A stretch of 62,716 bases of DNA, the filler included, from Squatina squatina (Eukaryota), in NCBI GenBank assembly GCA_031763465.1. It is 4 parts of 4 records of this genome, joined end to end, with 100 filler letters (N's around TTAATTAATTAA, not from the genome) between each part and the next. Parts side by side here need not be neighbours in the genome. Positions count along the whole stretch, not along the records: positions 49,424 to 62,716 come from JARFOE010000001.1; 3 more parts are not named here. One strand, given 5' to 3'. Of the stretch, positions 50,392-62,716 are shown piece by piece (positions within the stretch are counted from its first letter, which is position 1; each line of letters begins with the position of its first letter). The notes below the pieces were generated by a model that worked only from the letters and a program-made list of their open reading frames with translations, ran no database searches and was not told the DNA's origin. The position numbers were made by a program, and so were the translations under genes.

Positions 50392-51289
50392 AATTTTTTG
50401 GGCTTTTCAAAGTGAAGACAGCATCTGTGTATTTCCAGCTCCAACTGCTAAGTGCAGTACTCGGATTTAAATCTGTCCTCGCACCCAGGCTTTTAAGTGA
50501 TCCCAGTTTTTTCTTAAATCATATTTAGAACCACGCCAAATTGAATAAAGGGACTAACATTTTTGATCAATGACAGTTGATGTGAAAGAGGACTGGGCTT
50601 CCCATTATGTTGCAAACTTACTATGTCTCGTTCGAATGACTAAGGTATTAAACATAATTAACCAACACCTGGAAATGGCAATACATGCAAAACCTGTTAG
50701 CAGCAGGAGAGGAACGGTGGCCAAGTAGGGCAGCTGCACAATGTGGGAAGGGCTGAACTTTAACTCATGAAGGTCAAAACAATAATTTAATCTGGTAAAT
50801 TCCATTACAGGACGTGATCCTCCCTGCTCGACTTTGCTCTATGTCAGGCGATTATTTAACGCCCAAACACAAAGGAGGAAGATCTGCCCTTTTGCCTTTG
50901 GAAAACCATCCTCTTGAGTAGAACAGGAAGAACCAGCATGGCTGGTCCTGCTTTTATAAGACTAGAAAGGTGTGGTCAGCTACAGTTGTGACCAACAGCA
51001 CACAGGGTTTGGCAACAGTCGAGTAAGCCAAATGTAATTTGAGTCTCTTTTCACTGATAAATATAACCAATAATTATTTTGTATCTAACATACAATATGG
51101 GGGGGGGGGCGGTTCCCTGCAGACACTAAGCCTCACTATGTGCAAGTGTGGCTTGGAGACTATAGTGCAACACTGAAAATGGAAGATTTGGCTGCACGAT
51201 AATGATAATGATCTGAGAATCACGCACAAAAGTCAGCGTGGCTGGTTCACCGTGGACTTGATTTGTCAGTTGTTAAAATACATGGCCAG

Positions 51290-51850
51290 AAAATTACATC
51301 GGATATACGACACATAAACAGGCCATTTGGCCCAACCAGTTAATGCCGGCGTTTATGCTCCACTTGAGCCTCCTCCCGTCTTTCCTCATCTAAATCTATT
51401 GGCATAACCCACTATTCCTTTCTCCCTCATATGCTTGTCCAGCCTCCCCTTATTTACATCTATACTATTCGCTTCAAACACTCCAAATTCTCACCACTCT
51501 CTGGATAAAGAAGTTTCTTCTGAATTCCCTACTGGATTTCTTGGTGACTATTGATGGCCTCCAGTTATGCTCTTCCCCACAAGTGGAAATTCTCTCTCTG
51601 TAACCACTCTATCAAAACCTTTCATAATTTTAAAGACCTCGATTAGGTCACCCCTCAGCCTTCTTTTTTTCCAAGAGAAAAGCAACCCCTTCATCCTTTT
51701 TTGATAGGTATACCCTCACATTTCTGGTATCATCCTTGCAAATCTTCTCTGTATCCTCTCCAGTGCCTCTATATCCTTTTTATAATATGGCAACCAGAAC
51801 TGTACACAGTGTGGTCTAACCAAGGTTCGATACAGGTTTAGCATAACTTC
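51290..51850 (-). mobile_element. CR1 LINE 3' end (antisense)
   Basis: reverse complement of CR1 tail and RNFFxQRVV/GDLIEVFKIMKG motifs. Confidence 0.8.
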
Positions 51851-52019
51851 NNNNNNNNNNNNNNNNNNNNNNNNNNNNNNNNNNNNNNNNNNNNNNNNNN
51901 NNNNNNNNNNNNNNNNNNNNNNNNNNNNNNNNNNNNNNNNNNNNNNNNNNACACATGTCTTTGTTATCTCTAGACTTGACTATTCCAAAACACTTCTGGC
52001 TGGTTCCCACATTCTATCT

Positions 52020-52520
52020 GAAAACACAGCTTGCCCATATCCTAACTCGCACTATGTCTTGCTCACCCCTCACCCCTGTGCTCGCTAATCTACATTGGCT
52101 CCCAGTTAAGCAATGTCTCACTTTCAAAATTCTCATCCTTGTTTTCAAATCCTTCCTTGGCCTCGCCCCTCCCTAACTTTGTAATTGTTCTCCAGCCCCA
52201 CAAATCCCCCCACCACCTGAGATGTTTGCACTACTCTAATTCTGCCCTCTTGAGCATTCCTGATTATAATCACTCAACCATTGGTGGTCGTGGCTTCTGT
52301 TGCCTGGGCCTTAAGCTCTGGAATTCCCTGCCTAAACCTTGCCACCTCTCTACCTCTCCTTCCTCCTTCAAGATGCTCCTTAGATTCTACCTCTTTGACA
52401 AAGCTTTTGCCCTAATTTTTCCTTTTGCAACTTGGTGTCAAATGTTTTATCCCATCATACACCTGTGAGGCGCTGTGAGATGTTTCACTATATTAAAGGC
52501 ACTATATAAATACATGTTGT
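52020..52520 (+). mobile_element. L2 LINE 3' end
   Basis: TPVLANLHWLPV..FKILILVFK and GGRGF..LWNSLP motifs of the L2 ORF2 C-terminus. Confidence 0.8.
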
Positions 52521-53334
52521 TTTTGTTGTTGAATATGAAGTGTTGTGTAATTGGGAGTGAGCATTGGCAAAGGCACCTTCCAGCCATTAAAGGGAGGGCC
52601 ACTGGAGTCTGCATATTAGCCCCCAATGATTCGGGTAGTGCAGAATGGCGATATATTGTGGGATGAAATGCAAAGTCCTTTGGTAACCTGCAACACTCTG
52701 GGGACTCAGCAGCCTTTATTTGGCTGCGGATGAATCCTGCGCTGTCTGCCACTCATAACTGACCTTTGGAACGGAAGTCCCTTGATAGCTGAGGCACATA
52801 TCTTTAAGTTGCACCCTGCTAGCTGCTAGCCGGCTAGTTCCCGCCTCCGCTGCCTGCCGCTGTCCACGTGAACCGGTAACTCGGGGCGGGTGCTACTGAA
52901 GTTTGCAGATTNNNNNNNNNNNNNNNNNNNNNNNNNNNNNNNNNNNNNNNNNNNNNNNNNNNNNNNNNNNNNNNNNNNNNNNNNNNNNNNNNNNNNNNNN
53001 NNNNNNNNNNNATTAAGCATTCATCAAGTTAATATTGGCAATAGTAATATCTAAATTTTGGTTTCAAAGTGATTCATGGATAGTAAAATAGTGCAGTATT
53101 AAAAATAGCTCTTTGTCACAATAACTGCCATTGCATCATGCAACCTTCATCAGAAGATGGCTGCTCAAATTGCCTTAACCTTGTGTGATTTACCATCTTG
53201 TGCTTTTAGGTCTGGGACCTTGGCCTCCAACTTTTTTTAAAAAATGGATATACTTGGTATACCACCTATTACAAGTTGTCAAAAAAGCGGGCCTCCAAAA
53301 ATAAGTACTTTGTGTACTTGACATGCCTTATTAT

Positions 53335-53529
53335 TGGGTGACCAGATATTTAAAACTAAAAACTGGGACAAAACTTACCTTCCAGTCTGCGCATGCGCAG
53401 TCAGTTTTCCGTTCTTGCTCGCTGGAAACCAGGACATTTGAACAATTTGAAGGTAAGTGTCGGGACACTGGGACATTTACTAAAAAAACTGGGACTGCCC
53501 TGGCAAAACTGGGACTTTTGGTCACCCTA
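53335..53529. mobile_element. Non-autonomous hAT (Blackjack/MER94-like) MITE
   Basis: TIRs T(A)GGGTGACCA..TGGTCACCCTA, subterminal CTGGGAC repeats, perfect 8-bp TSD CTTATTAT (53327-53334, 53530-53537). Confidence 0.85.
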
Positions 53530-54874
53530 CTTATTATACTCTCCACTACACGTTTAGGTACAGCACAAAAGAATGACCACAATAATAGATACCAAAGATT
53601 TCCCCTTGGTATTTTATGTGAAAAGAGGTTTTAAAAATGTTTTAATCATTACTGAAAGTGGTAGAAAGAACTACGACAGCTTAAAACGTTGTATATTCTG
53701 CTGAATACCTCCCCTTATCTCTCACCGCAGGTACAGAGTTTGGGGATGAAAATGGGCCTGCCACACAGCAAGCAAAATTCAAGGCCTGTCATGGCTGGAG
53801 TGGATTGTTCAGTTTCTTGATGCCATTGAATACCTCCGGCTTCAATTAATAGATGAAAAGCAATTCTGTAACAAAATGGCATCGGCCTTGAAAAAAGGTT
53901 TTATGAGAGAGGTTGTCCAAAGTTTCAGTGAAGGGTGAAAGGAGTTGGCCATAGGACAAAGGAATGCTGCCTTTATGGTTTACTACTCTCCAGAGATATT
54001 TGAATGAATTGCTACACTGTAGCCAACATTGGTAACTTACAACCTGTGGCACTCGTCATACTTGACTGCAGTATTTTGCCTATATAACAGTCAACAGCCT
54101 ATAAAGCAATTATTTACATCAGCACTTTGATACATTTCCGAGAGATTTCCTATGGTATGGTATAAATGCAAGTTGTTCTTTTCTTTCGATCAGCCTGTTG
54201 CCATGTCTTAGTTTTATTCCACACATTGTGAGGTAAATAAATTACTGGTGGGTGAAGCCCTATGGTAGGGGCACTCATTCATGACATTTACCCTGATAGC
54301 TAGCAGAAGCGGTAAACCAATGTGGAGTTCAACAGAAGCCTGTGAGTAATGGCATTTTTGTTTATATCCATTGACATCAACCAATCCCAGATATTCATTA
54401 ACTATTATGTATATACTAGACATAAAATGTGATTGTGGGTATGTGCAGAGCTGAAATCAGTAAACTGTTGGCCTTCTCCCATTTTTCAAATGCACTAAAT
54501 TGTATTGGCCTTAGTTACTGAAAAAGCCATTCTAGTTGAATACAGTTTAGATTGCAACTGATCTTTCAGTCTCTCTTGTGTTAGTATGTTAATCACATGT
54601 AAAAATATGCACATTGTTTCCTAATATAACCAACTTTAATAGAAAATATACAATTGTGGATTGCTACAGTGAGTTACTGAAGACACTGCGAGGATGGAAG
54701 TGAATTATGAAGCAGTAATCCATTTGATGGGCTTCAGACAACATTACAATGAAGCTTCAGACCTCTGTTGAACTCTACATTGGTTTATTACTTGTACTAG
54801 ATCTCAAGGTAATGAGTGCTCCTCGTATAGAGCTTTACCCACTAGGAATTTATTTACCCACAATTTTTTTCATA

Positions 54875-55450
54875 TAGAATTTACAGCACAGAGACAGGCC
54901 TTTTGGTCCAACGGGTCTGTGCTGGTATTTATGCTCCACACAAGCCTCCTTCCGCCCGACTTAATATCAACCACCAACATATCCTGCTGTTCCTTTCTCC
55001 CCTTTCTAATCTAGCTTCCCATTAAATACATCTAAGCTAGTCGCCTCAACCACTCCATGTATTTGTGGCCCATAGTTTTGAACTCCCCACAAGTGGAAAC
55101 ATCTTCTCTACATCTACCTTATCAAGCTNNNNNNNNNNAAAAGACAGTCTGTTCAGTCTTTGCTGATAGTTATATCCTCTTAGTTCTGATATCATCCTTG
55201 TAAATCTTTTTTTTATTTTCTCCAGTGCCGCTATATCTCTATATCCTTTTAATAATATGGAGGCCAGAACTGTACATAGTACAGTGTGATCTAACAAAGG
55301 TTCTAAATAAGTTTTACATAACTGCTCTGCATTTGAATTCTATTCCTATGGAAATGAACCCCAGTGTTGTTTGCACTTTTTATGGTTCTGTTAACTTGCC
55401 TTGCTACTTTTAATGATTTGTGAATCTGTACCCCTAGATCCCTTTGCTAA
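54875..55450 (-). mobile_element. CR1 LINE 3' end (antisense), decayed
   Basis: minus strand DIAALEKIKKRFTRMISELRGYNYQQRLNRL. Confidence 0.8.
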
Positions 55451-56303
55451 GTAGATTACATTTATAAAATCTACCTTCTTAATTATTGCTTATATATTAT
55501 GTATTGTTTTCCAATTGATAGACAACTTTTTTGATATCATGGGTCAATGTCCAGTGACAAATAACTTCGCAAGATATCAAGTCATGTTTATAGGATCTCA
55601 CAGATTATCCACTGTGATATATTCTGGATGGTGAATTACAGAAAAGTTCATCATTTTCCAATGCTGAATTTAATCAAGCATTTCTGATGATACCATAGCT
55701 GTGACAGCAAAGTTTGAGTAGCCTTCAGAGCCCCGAACGACTTTACTGCCATAAGCTCACTGATAGATGATATAATTTGTTTTATTGTGTAGTCGGGCTA
55801 GCTGAATATGGTGCAGCCATTCAGACATTAGTGAAAGGAAAAGAAAAGATTTAGGACCATAAGGTATAGGGCATTCTAGAAGTGCTAATGGAATTCTTTT
55901 TTCTTTTGTAATAAAATATGGTATACAATAGGAACATATATCACACATCAATCCCAACAGGAGATTCCCTGTGCACTGGAATACATGAAATGATGCCATA
56001 GACTGTAGAAGAAATTATACTACATTGTTCATTGTATTCATAGTACATACCACAGCCATTACATATAAAGAAATGCTTTATCACTGATTCTTTTCTTCAG
56101 AAATTCTTTATGCATTTTTTTTTAAAAGGATAGCATGATTTACCATCAGTACAAAGGAGTATTGTACTTTTGGGAAGAATACCTTTTTAATCCACATGAA
56201 ATGAGACTAGATACAAGTTTGTTACTGTAGACTACCTATATATTTTTAAACGGTTTCCCTATATTAATATACACAAGGACAAGGAGGTCTAAATGTTACT
56301 TAC

Positions 56304-56720
56304 CATGATGTGTTTTGTAGGTGATTCTTCAGGCTCTTTATTTTTATATTCAATGCACAAATTACAGCATCTTCACAAACAGAAATCACTGGTGCTGTGT
56401 CTAAACTGGAAAGATGATGATCTGTGAGAAAGACGGCTGTTCAAGTATATATATATAAATGAAAGAAAAATCTAGCCCACTCCTTTCAAAGGGGAACCCC
56501 TTAGAAAAGATTACTTTCTTACCAAAATGTTTCAACAGTTTGACCCACCCACGGATTTCTCTTTAAAATAGATAAAGGCCGAGCCCCCTGAGTGATGTCG
56601 CAAACATGAGGATTCCCTGGTCTGCCTAGCTGTCACGGAAAAAAGGGTAAACACACTCCCACACTGCAAGAGGAAGCCCTACAGGAAAGCCTCGGTGAAT
56701 AGTGCAACCTACACTAGTGG
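56304..56720 (-). promoter_or_regulatory. Candidate TATA promoter and first exon of an unidentified gene
   Basis: TATA run 56446-56458, GGGGAACCCC at 56491-56500, GGGAATCCTC(rc) at 56608-56617; exon ends ..catcATG|gtaagt. Confidence 0.5.
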
Positions 56721-57099
56721 AAAATGTACATCAGTAGCAATGGTAGCAATATCACAGAGCTGTAATTTACAGTAATAACGGAGCTGCCAAAGCCCCACCT
56801 TTGTATTAATCGTAAATGTTATTTAAAAAAAAAATCTGCGGGTTCATTAAAGCTTTTTTTTAAATGACACAAAATTACCATAAAAGAGTTCTGAAAGAGA
56901 TGCAACAGTACTGGTATCAGTTACCACATCATGAAAGCATAACTGCACTTTAAGTATTTGAAACACTAACTGAGAGATGAAGTGGGTGCATATTCTTCTT
57001 AATTACCCTCAGCTATAGCGTGAACTTAACTTAAAATAGTAAGAACTATAGCCTAGAAATGACTGTTGCTGGTATTAACGGACAAACATTTAATACATT

Positions 57100-57232
57100 G
57101 TTGATGAAGGGTCATCGGCCTGAAACATTAACCCTACCTTCCTCTCTCCACAGATGCTGCCTGACCTGCTGAGTGTTTCCAGCATTTTCTGTTTTTATTT
57201 CAGATTTCCAACATCTGCAGTACTTTGCTCTT
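57100..57232 (+). mobile_element. Penelope terminal-repeat fragment with mutated hammerhead core
   Basis: TTGATGAagggtcatcggcctGAAAcatta..cagatgctgcctgacctgctgag..ttccagcattttctgtttttatttcaga. Confidence 0.7.
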
Positions 57233-57839
57233 CATTTGCCTAACATTCACTATTTTAGCAGAGGTGTTAGCTCATTTAAAATAAACAGGTTACATCATGT
57301 GTTAAAGTAACAGATGATGTCAGATCGGCTCAATAGTAGTTTCTAAGCTCATATATTTATTACATGAAATGTTTATGTTCAGGAATATATATCCCACCAA
57401 ATTAATCAACAATATGAAAGATCTGAATTCAGGTTTTGTAGTGAAATCCACATCAGTGCATCACTGGTGCAAACTATTTTTTTATCTTGAATTCTCCAGA
57501 GTTGACATTCACATCTAAGCCTACGAATTACTGTTGGTGATATTCGTGGACAAGTATCACATTTAGATGACATTCTTCTGCTAGCTACTTGAACACAAAC
57601 GTTAATTAGTTTATTTCAAGGATGTGACTGCTGCCAACGAGTGGGAAGTAGTTGCCCTCGCGCAGTTCCAGTATTTTTTTTTGTTTGTTGTCGCTGGAAT
57701 TCCCAAAATGAGGAATAAAGAAGCTGTTAAAAAAAATCTTGTTCAGTTGTAGTTTAATTTATTAATTGTGTGAATTGTAGAATGTATTCAGGTATGAGCC
57801 ACTTGTTTGAAACTGGATTGTGATCTGCCTCAGTCCATA

Positions 57840-57998
57840 AGCGTGACCCTGCGCTTCCGGTTGCCTGTCACTTTAATTCTCCGCTCCATTCCCACTCGAT
57901 CTCTCCATCCTCAACCTCTTACACTGTTCCAATGAAGCTCAACGTAAGCTCGAGGAACAGCACCTCATCTTTCATTTAGGCATTTTACAGCCTTCTGG
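57840..57998 (+). mobile_element. Penelope-like element GIY-YIG endonuclease C-terminal fragment
   Basis: PVACHFNS..HSH.. and RKLEEQHLIFHLG.LQPSG. Confidence 0.75.
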
Positions 57999-58128
57999 NN
58001 NNNNNNNNNNNNNNNNNNNNNNNNNNNNNNNNNNNNNNNNNNNNNNNNNNNNNNNNNNNNNNNNNNNNNNNNNNNNNNNNNNNNNNNNNNNNNNNNNNCA
58101 GGTCAGGCAGCATCTGTGGAGAGAGAAA

Positions 58129-58169
58129 CAGAGTTAACGTTTCAGGTCGATGACCCTTCATCAGAACTG
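58129..58169 (-). ncRNA. Minimal type I hammerhead ribozyme motif within a Penelope terminal repeat
   Basis: minus strand CAGUU-CUGAUGA-AGGGUC-AUC-GACCU-GAAACGUU-AACU. Confidence 0.65.
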
Positions 58170-58842
58170 GAAAAACTTAGAATTGTAGCAGATTTTTAAG
58201 CAAGTGCGGGGGCAGGGAAAGGAAAATTGCAAGAGGAATTTTCAAAAGGTTTTATAATAGTTTAGCTCCCTTTAATGTAATTTTCCTCCTATTAAGGCAC
58301 AGCACTGAAGCTATATGATGAAAGTAGTTTGGTTCAAAAGTGTTAATGACTCAACAATATTCATGCAGAGATAATGTCCAAAGTTGTGCTACAGCAAATC
58401 AGAAAATGACATGGATTAAATGACTCATTCACCATCAGTATTTTTTTAAGATGGAATTTCAAAAGTTGAAAAATAGTCAAATAAACTTTAAAAGTGAACT
58501 TTTAATATCCATTCACAGTAACTCCGATTTCAAGTGTATGAATCACCCAGGGGGAATTAGAATTAATGAAATGCAGTTTAGTAGAATAGGAGATCTTTCA
58601 GAATACTCAAATGTATGTTTAAAGTCTCTATACTCATGTTTATAGTTCACATGAGCCTCTTCCCACCCTAACCCTATATCCCTCTATTCCATTCTTCCTC
58701 ATGTATGCACCAATCTTCCCTTTAAACACATCAATGATATTTGCTTCAACCATTCCCTGGGACCATTCTAAGATCTCCACTGCAAAACTCCCATATCAGG
58801 CACTGCAGCAAGATACTGTTTCCCTTATAAACAAAACCCTAT

Positions 58843-59508
58843 GGGCTATAAGTTGGAGTGGGCCTGCAAACAGGCACAGGGAGCACGATACACTACCAAC
58901 CCATGCCCATTCGGAGGACCGCATGCAACACCGGAACTTGGTGCTGCCTGCTGATTAGTATTATTGTGGCAGCAGCCCAGCGCTGAATGTGCTGAACGCC
59001 CAACAAAGGACTCTTGGGGAGGGTCTGAAGGTCAGGATCAGCGTGGGGAGGCGGGGGGGGGGGAGGCCCTGGAGGTCAGGGCCCGGATCGTGGGGATATC
59101 GGAGAGGGCCTGAAGGTCAGAGTCGGGATTGAGGTCGTAGATAATAATGGTAAGCAATGCTCCCTGTAATTTTTTGGGGGGGCCATGCAGCCCATTCAAA
59201 ATCCCATGCATGAGCAGGACCCCTCGGCCGCTGCGCAGTTGCTTAAAAGGAGCACTGATGGTAAGTACTTGCCTTATTTTAATTTGGCGCTGTTTAGCAT
59301 TTGTTTTCCCAGAGGTAGCAGAAGCAGGCGTTAGGCCCCTTATTTGAATATGTTAATGGCCTAACACCTGCTTCAGACAAAGGTAAACAATGCCCAATAT
59401 GACATCCGTCACGGCCCGCGCGAAAGTGGGTTGAAGCGAGGCGGATGCCATTTTTATTCCATGAAACTGGCCTGAATAGCCAGCACTAAGGTGCCAAATT
59501 TCAGGCCC
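58843..59508. mobile_element. Probable non-autonomous DNA transposon (GC-rich MITE-like)
   Basis: GC/CpG-rich block bounded by imperfect inverted ends GGGCTATAAGTTG..CAAATTTCAGGCCC; TSD not clear. Confidence 0.4.
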
Positions 59509-61495
59509 TGTGATCCATACTGAGGAGTCCAGTTTAGTTTTCACTGATAATAAGAAAGAGTAAATGACATACTTCCTTAACCTAATGAGAAAGCTACATT
59601 TTCAGAAATCAAAATTAAAAGTTTATTCAAAGAAAATGTTTTAAATGACAGGTGGACACAACTGACTTAGAAAAATCCCCATCTTCTCAGGGTGTTGAAA
59701 AGCCGAAGTAGAAGTGATAATAAAGGTTAACCAAATATCCCACAGAAGAAAAAAAATGGTTTCATAGCCTTAAAATTACAGCTCAACATGAAGGTGGCGC
59801 AAAATTAACAGTGGAACATTTTTTTACGAAGAGCGGAGGGACACAACCCCCAAAAACCCCACAAGAACTGCTGAAAGAAGCATGGTTCCTCATCGTCTTT
59901 TGCATTCTTCCTGAGGGAGAGACACAAGTGACTGAGTTCTTCAACTGTGTAATTTAACTTCTAATAAAGTAAGCAGTTGTGAAAAAAAAAATGAAGCATT
60001 TTGTCAAAAATATATATCATGGAATGAGCTTCTTTAATTCTGTCATGGTATATTGTGGGGAGTAGGGGGGGGAATGTAAAAAGCAGTTTCACTCAGAAAA
60101 ACATACCCTAGATTATTTTAAAACAAGTGTTACAGATTTTCCAGAAGCGAAATACTGCGGATGCTGGAANNNNNNNNNNNNNNNNNNNNNNNNNNNNNNN
60201 NNNNNNNNNNNNNNNNNNNNNNNNNNNNNNNNNNNNNNNNNNNNNNNNNNNNNNNNNNNNNNNNNNNNNATATTTCTTAAATATTAAATGTAGTTCCCTT
60301 TACAGATGGTTGGATAATCCACCTGGTTCGTACTGATATATACTTCAGTTCAATATGTTTTTATGAGTTTAATTAAATTTGTGCTTACTCTTTTGATGCT
60401 TTCAGGTTATTTCACAGTTTCTCCACAGTCTCTTACTACTTTTGATAAGTACCCAAAATAGATAAGAAATGTAACAAAAATGAAATTAAACTAAACAATG
60501 TCAGCACAGAATGCAGGCAGGTATTCCCCAAGCTATAAGCTAATCGTGTCACAGCTGTCATTAAATATCCACACAAGTTATGCATCCCATACATAATGCT
60601 TTATTTTTGCCACTCCTTAAATTGTATCTTTTATACATACTATACTAGGCAAGGGAATAGGTACTCCTGGGCAAGGAGTAATGCTCTTTTTCTTCATCAT
60701 CTATACAGTATGAGGCAGTTCACTTACCTGGGAGATTGTCCAGGAACTCACCTTTCAATTCTTGTTGCAATAAATCTTTTTCACAGAATTGAACAATCTA
60801 ACTCAATACATGCAACATCCATGTTATTAGACATGATACACTACACTTCAGTTTAGGAATATGTGGTTCTTATGACTCCTACCTTAACCTAGACTGACAT
60901 TTGGCGGTTACTCAACCTATTAAGTAGCACATTTCAAGGTTTGACCTTTTCTAGTTCTATAAAAGTCATTTATGGAACAGAAACCCTGCTGCTGTGACAT
61001 TTACTGCTTGAAACTACATTTTACAAATCAGACAATTTACAAACAGTCAACATTATTAAATTGCTCATGTTGAAGAATGCGTGGTGGACCCACATGCAAT
61101 GTTGTTTGTGGGATATCAAGGCTGGTCTTCTCAAGAGATCTGATTCACAGCTTCGAGCTATATTTAGAGAAGTTCTTTTTCATGAAGTTCACAGATCCCA
61201 TAGATTCTACACAATTGGGTAGTGGAAACCATATTTTAAAAACTCAATAAAACTTACAAAAACATAATGCTAAAATGGCAAAAAGTGCACTCAAATTCAT
61301 AGCAAAGTAATCTACGCACGTGCGTGTGTGCATGTGCTTTATGTATGTGTTTGCAGCATACAGATATATTTGGATGTGCACATTGCTGCTATGGACCCAT
61401 CTTTTTTTATTTCCTCTTGGGATGTGGGCAACATGGGTTAGGCCACATGTGTTGCCCATCCTTATTTGGCCTAAAGCAATCATAAGTACTACTGA

Positions 61496-61598
61496 AATAA
61501 AAACAGAGACTGCTGGAAATACTCAGCAGGTCAGGCAGCATCTGTGGAGAGAGAAACAGGGTTAACGTTTCAGGTCGACGACCCTTCGTCAGAACTGT
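61496..61598 (-). mobile_element. Short Penelope terminal-repeat insertion with hammerhead motif and flanking direct repeat
   Basis: same repeat as at 58099-58170; flanked by GTACTACTGA at 61486-61495 and 61599-61608. Confidence 0.7.
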
Positions 61599-62716
61599 GT
61601 ACTACTGAGTGTCTTCCTAAGATATTGTTAAGATTCAATATGTAGTATGGACTGGAGTCATTTGTAGGCCAGATCCATAGGCATGGCAGGTTCCATTTCG
61701 AGAAGGACATTAGTGAATTAGTTGCTTTTTTCCCCTGGAACTAGCACACAAATGATCAGTTTTATTGAATTCAGTTTCACACCTTGCCATTGTGGGAGGT
61801 AAACTCACCACCTCGGAGTTACTAGTTCAGTACTATAACCAGTACACCACCATAACCCGTCATAATCATGGCTGATGCTTTCTTTTCAGTGAGAAGTTGG
61901 AAGTTACATTATTCCATGACAGCTCTATTCAAATTGTTACCCAGTTGTCCACAATCATTAGCTGTAATGTGCATGTAGACTTTCTATTTGAATTAGTGAA
62001 GCACACAGTGGTTTTATCTCTATTTATATTTGAACCTTTTGTGATATTTTGAAATTGAGCTGCAATGAAATTGTTACCAATTTTCAAGAATCATGTATAA
62101 CCCATGAAATTGGTATTTTCTGATTAAACAAAGGCCATGATATTCAACCAAAAATCCCATCAAAAAGAACAGCTGACAAGCTTAGAGCCATATGGTTACT
62201 GTCTTGGTTAATAGCATTCTTATAGTAAACCTTGAGACTAGATGAAAAGGTTAATATATTGCAGTGACTGACATCATTAGTGATTAAAAATACTCAGTAC
62301 CATCCAGTACCAACATTTCCTATCCCTCAAACACCTGGAGACAGAAAAGGTCAAAGCTCTTGACATCACACAGTTGTTAAGATATGTTTTCCAGCTGTTT
62401 CACTTAACTCGACTTCTGATGTTTCTTGGGTCTAAGTTCTCCTCCCTTTATCTTGCACCAGATTGAGATGAGAAGCTCGAACTTAAATTACTATTCTGTG
62501 GAGGTGCATGATGGAGACACTAACTGGGTAATGCTATACAATGAACACAGTGGCATTACTGAATCTCCAGAGAAGGTTTTGTATTTCGTGTACTTGGCAG
62601 ACTCAAAATTTTGCCTGTGCCCTCATCTAAATAATGTGGGCAAGCTGTTGGCGACATCTGCACTTCCACAGGCAGCTTGGCCACGTAATTTAAAACGGGG
62701 TGGGGGCGCAATTGCG

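Overview
Eukaryotic (vertebrate) draft genomic DNA, most likely from a shark or other elasmobranch, judged from its CR1/L2/Penelope/Deu-SINE repeats and its gene structures. The window is not one continuous locus. Three artificial 100-nt spacers (N44-TTAATTAATTAA-N44 at 20984-21083, 35306-35405, 49324-49423) join four scaffolds, and each scaffold has many placeholder N gaps that hide exons. Scaffold 1 (1-20983): 3' exons of PXK (+), two PDHB exons (-), the main KCTD6 coding exon (+), the last FAM107A exon (-) and exons 1-3 of KRI1 (-). Scaffold 2 (21084-35305): 15 visible coding exons of the N-degron E3 ligase UBR2 (+), including a tandem pair of 99-nt homologous exons separated by only 68 nt, which fits mutually exclusive splicing. 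Scaffold 3 (35406-49323): essentially LINE/SINE remnants and a minisatellite. Scaffold 4 (49424-62716): repeats, two unassigned candidate first exons on the - strand (one with a TATA + NF-kB-type promoter), a hAT MITE with an 8-bp TSD, and Penelope terminal repeats with intact minimal hammerhead ribozyme cores. Gene identities come from recalled similarity to the human proteins; no database search was run. I found no convincing wholly new biological system. Most ORFs in the provided track are spurious or run across gaps.
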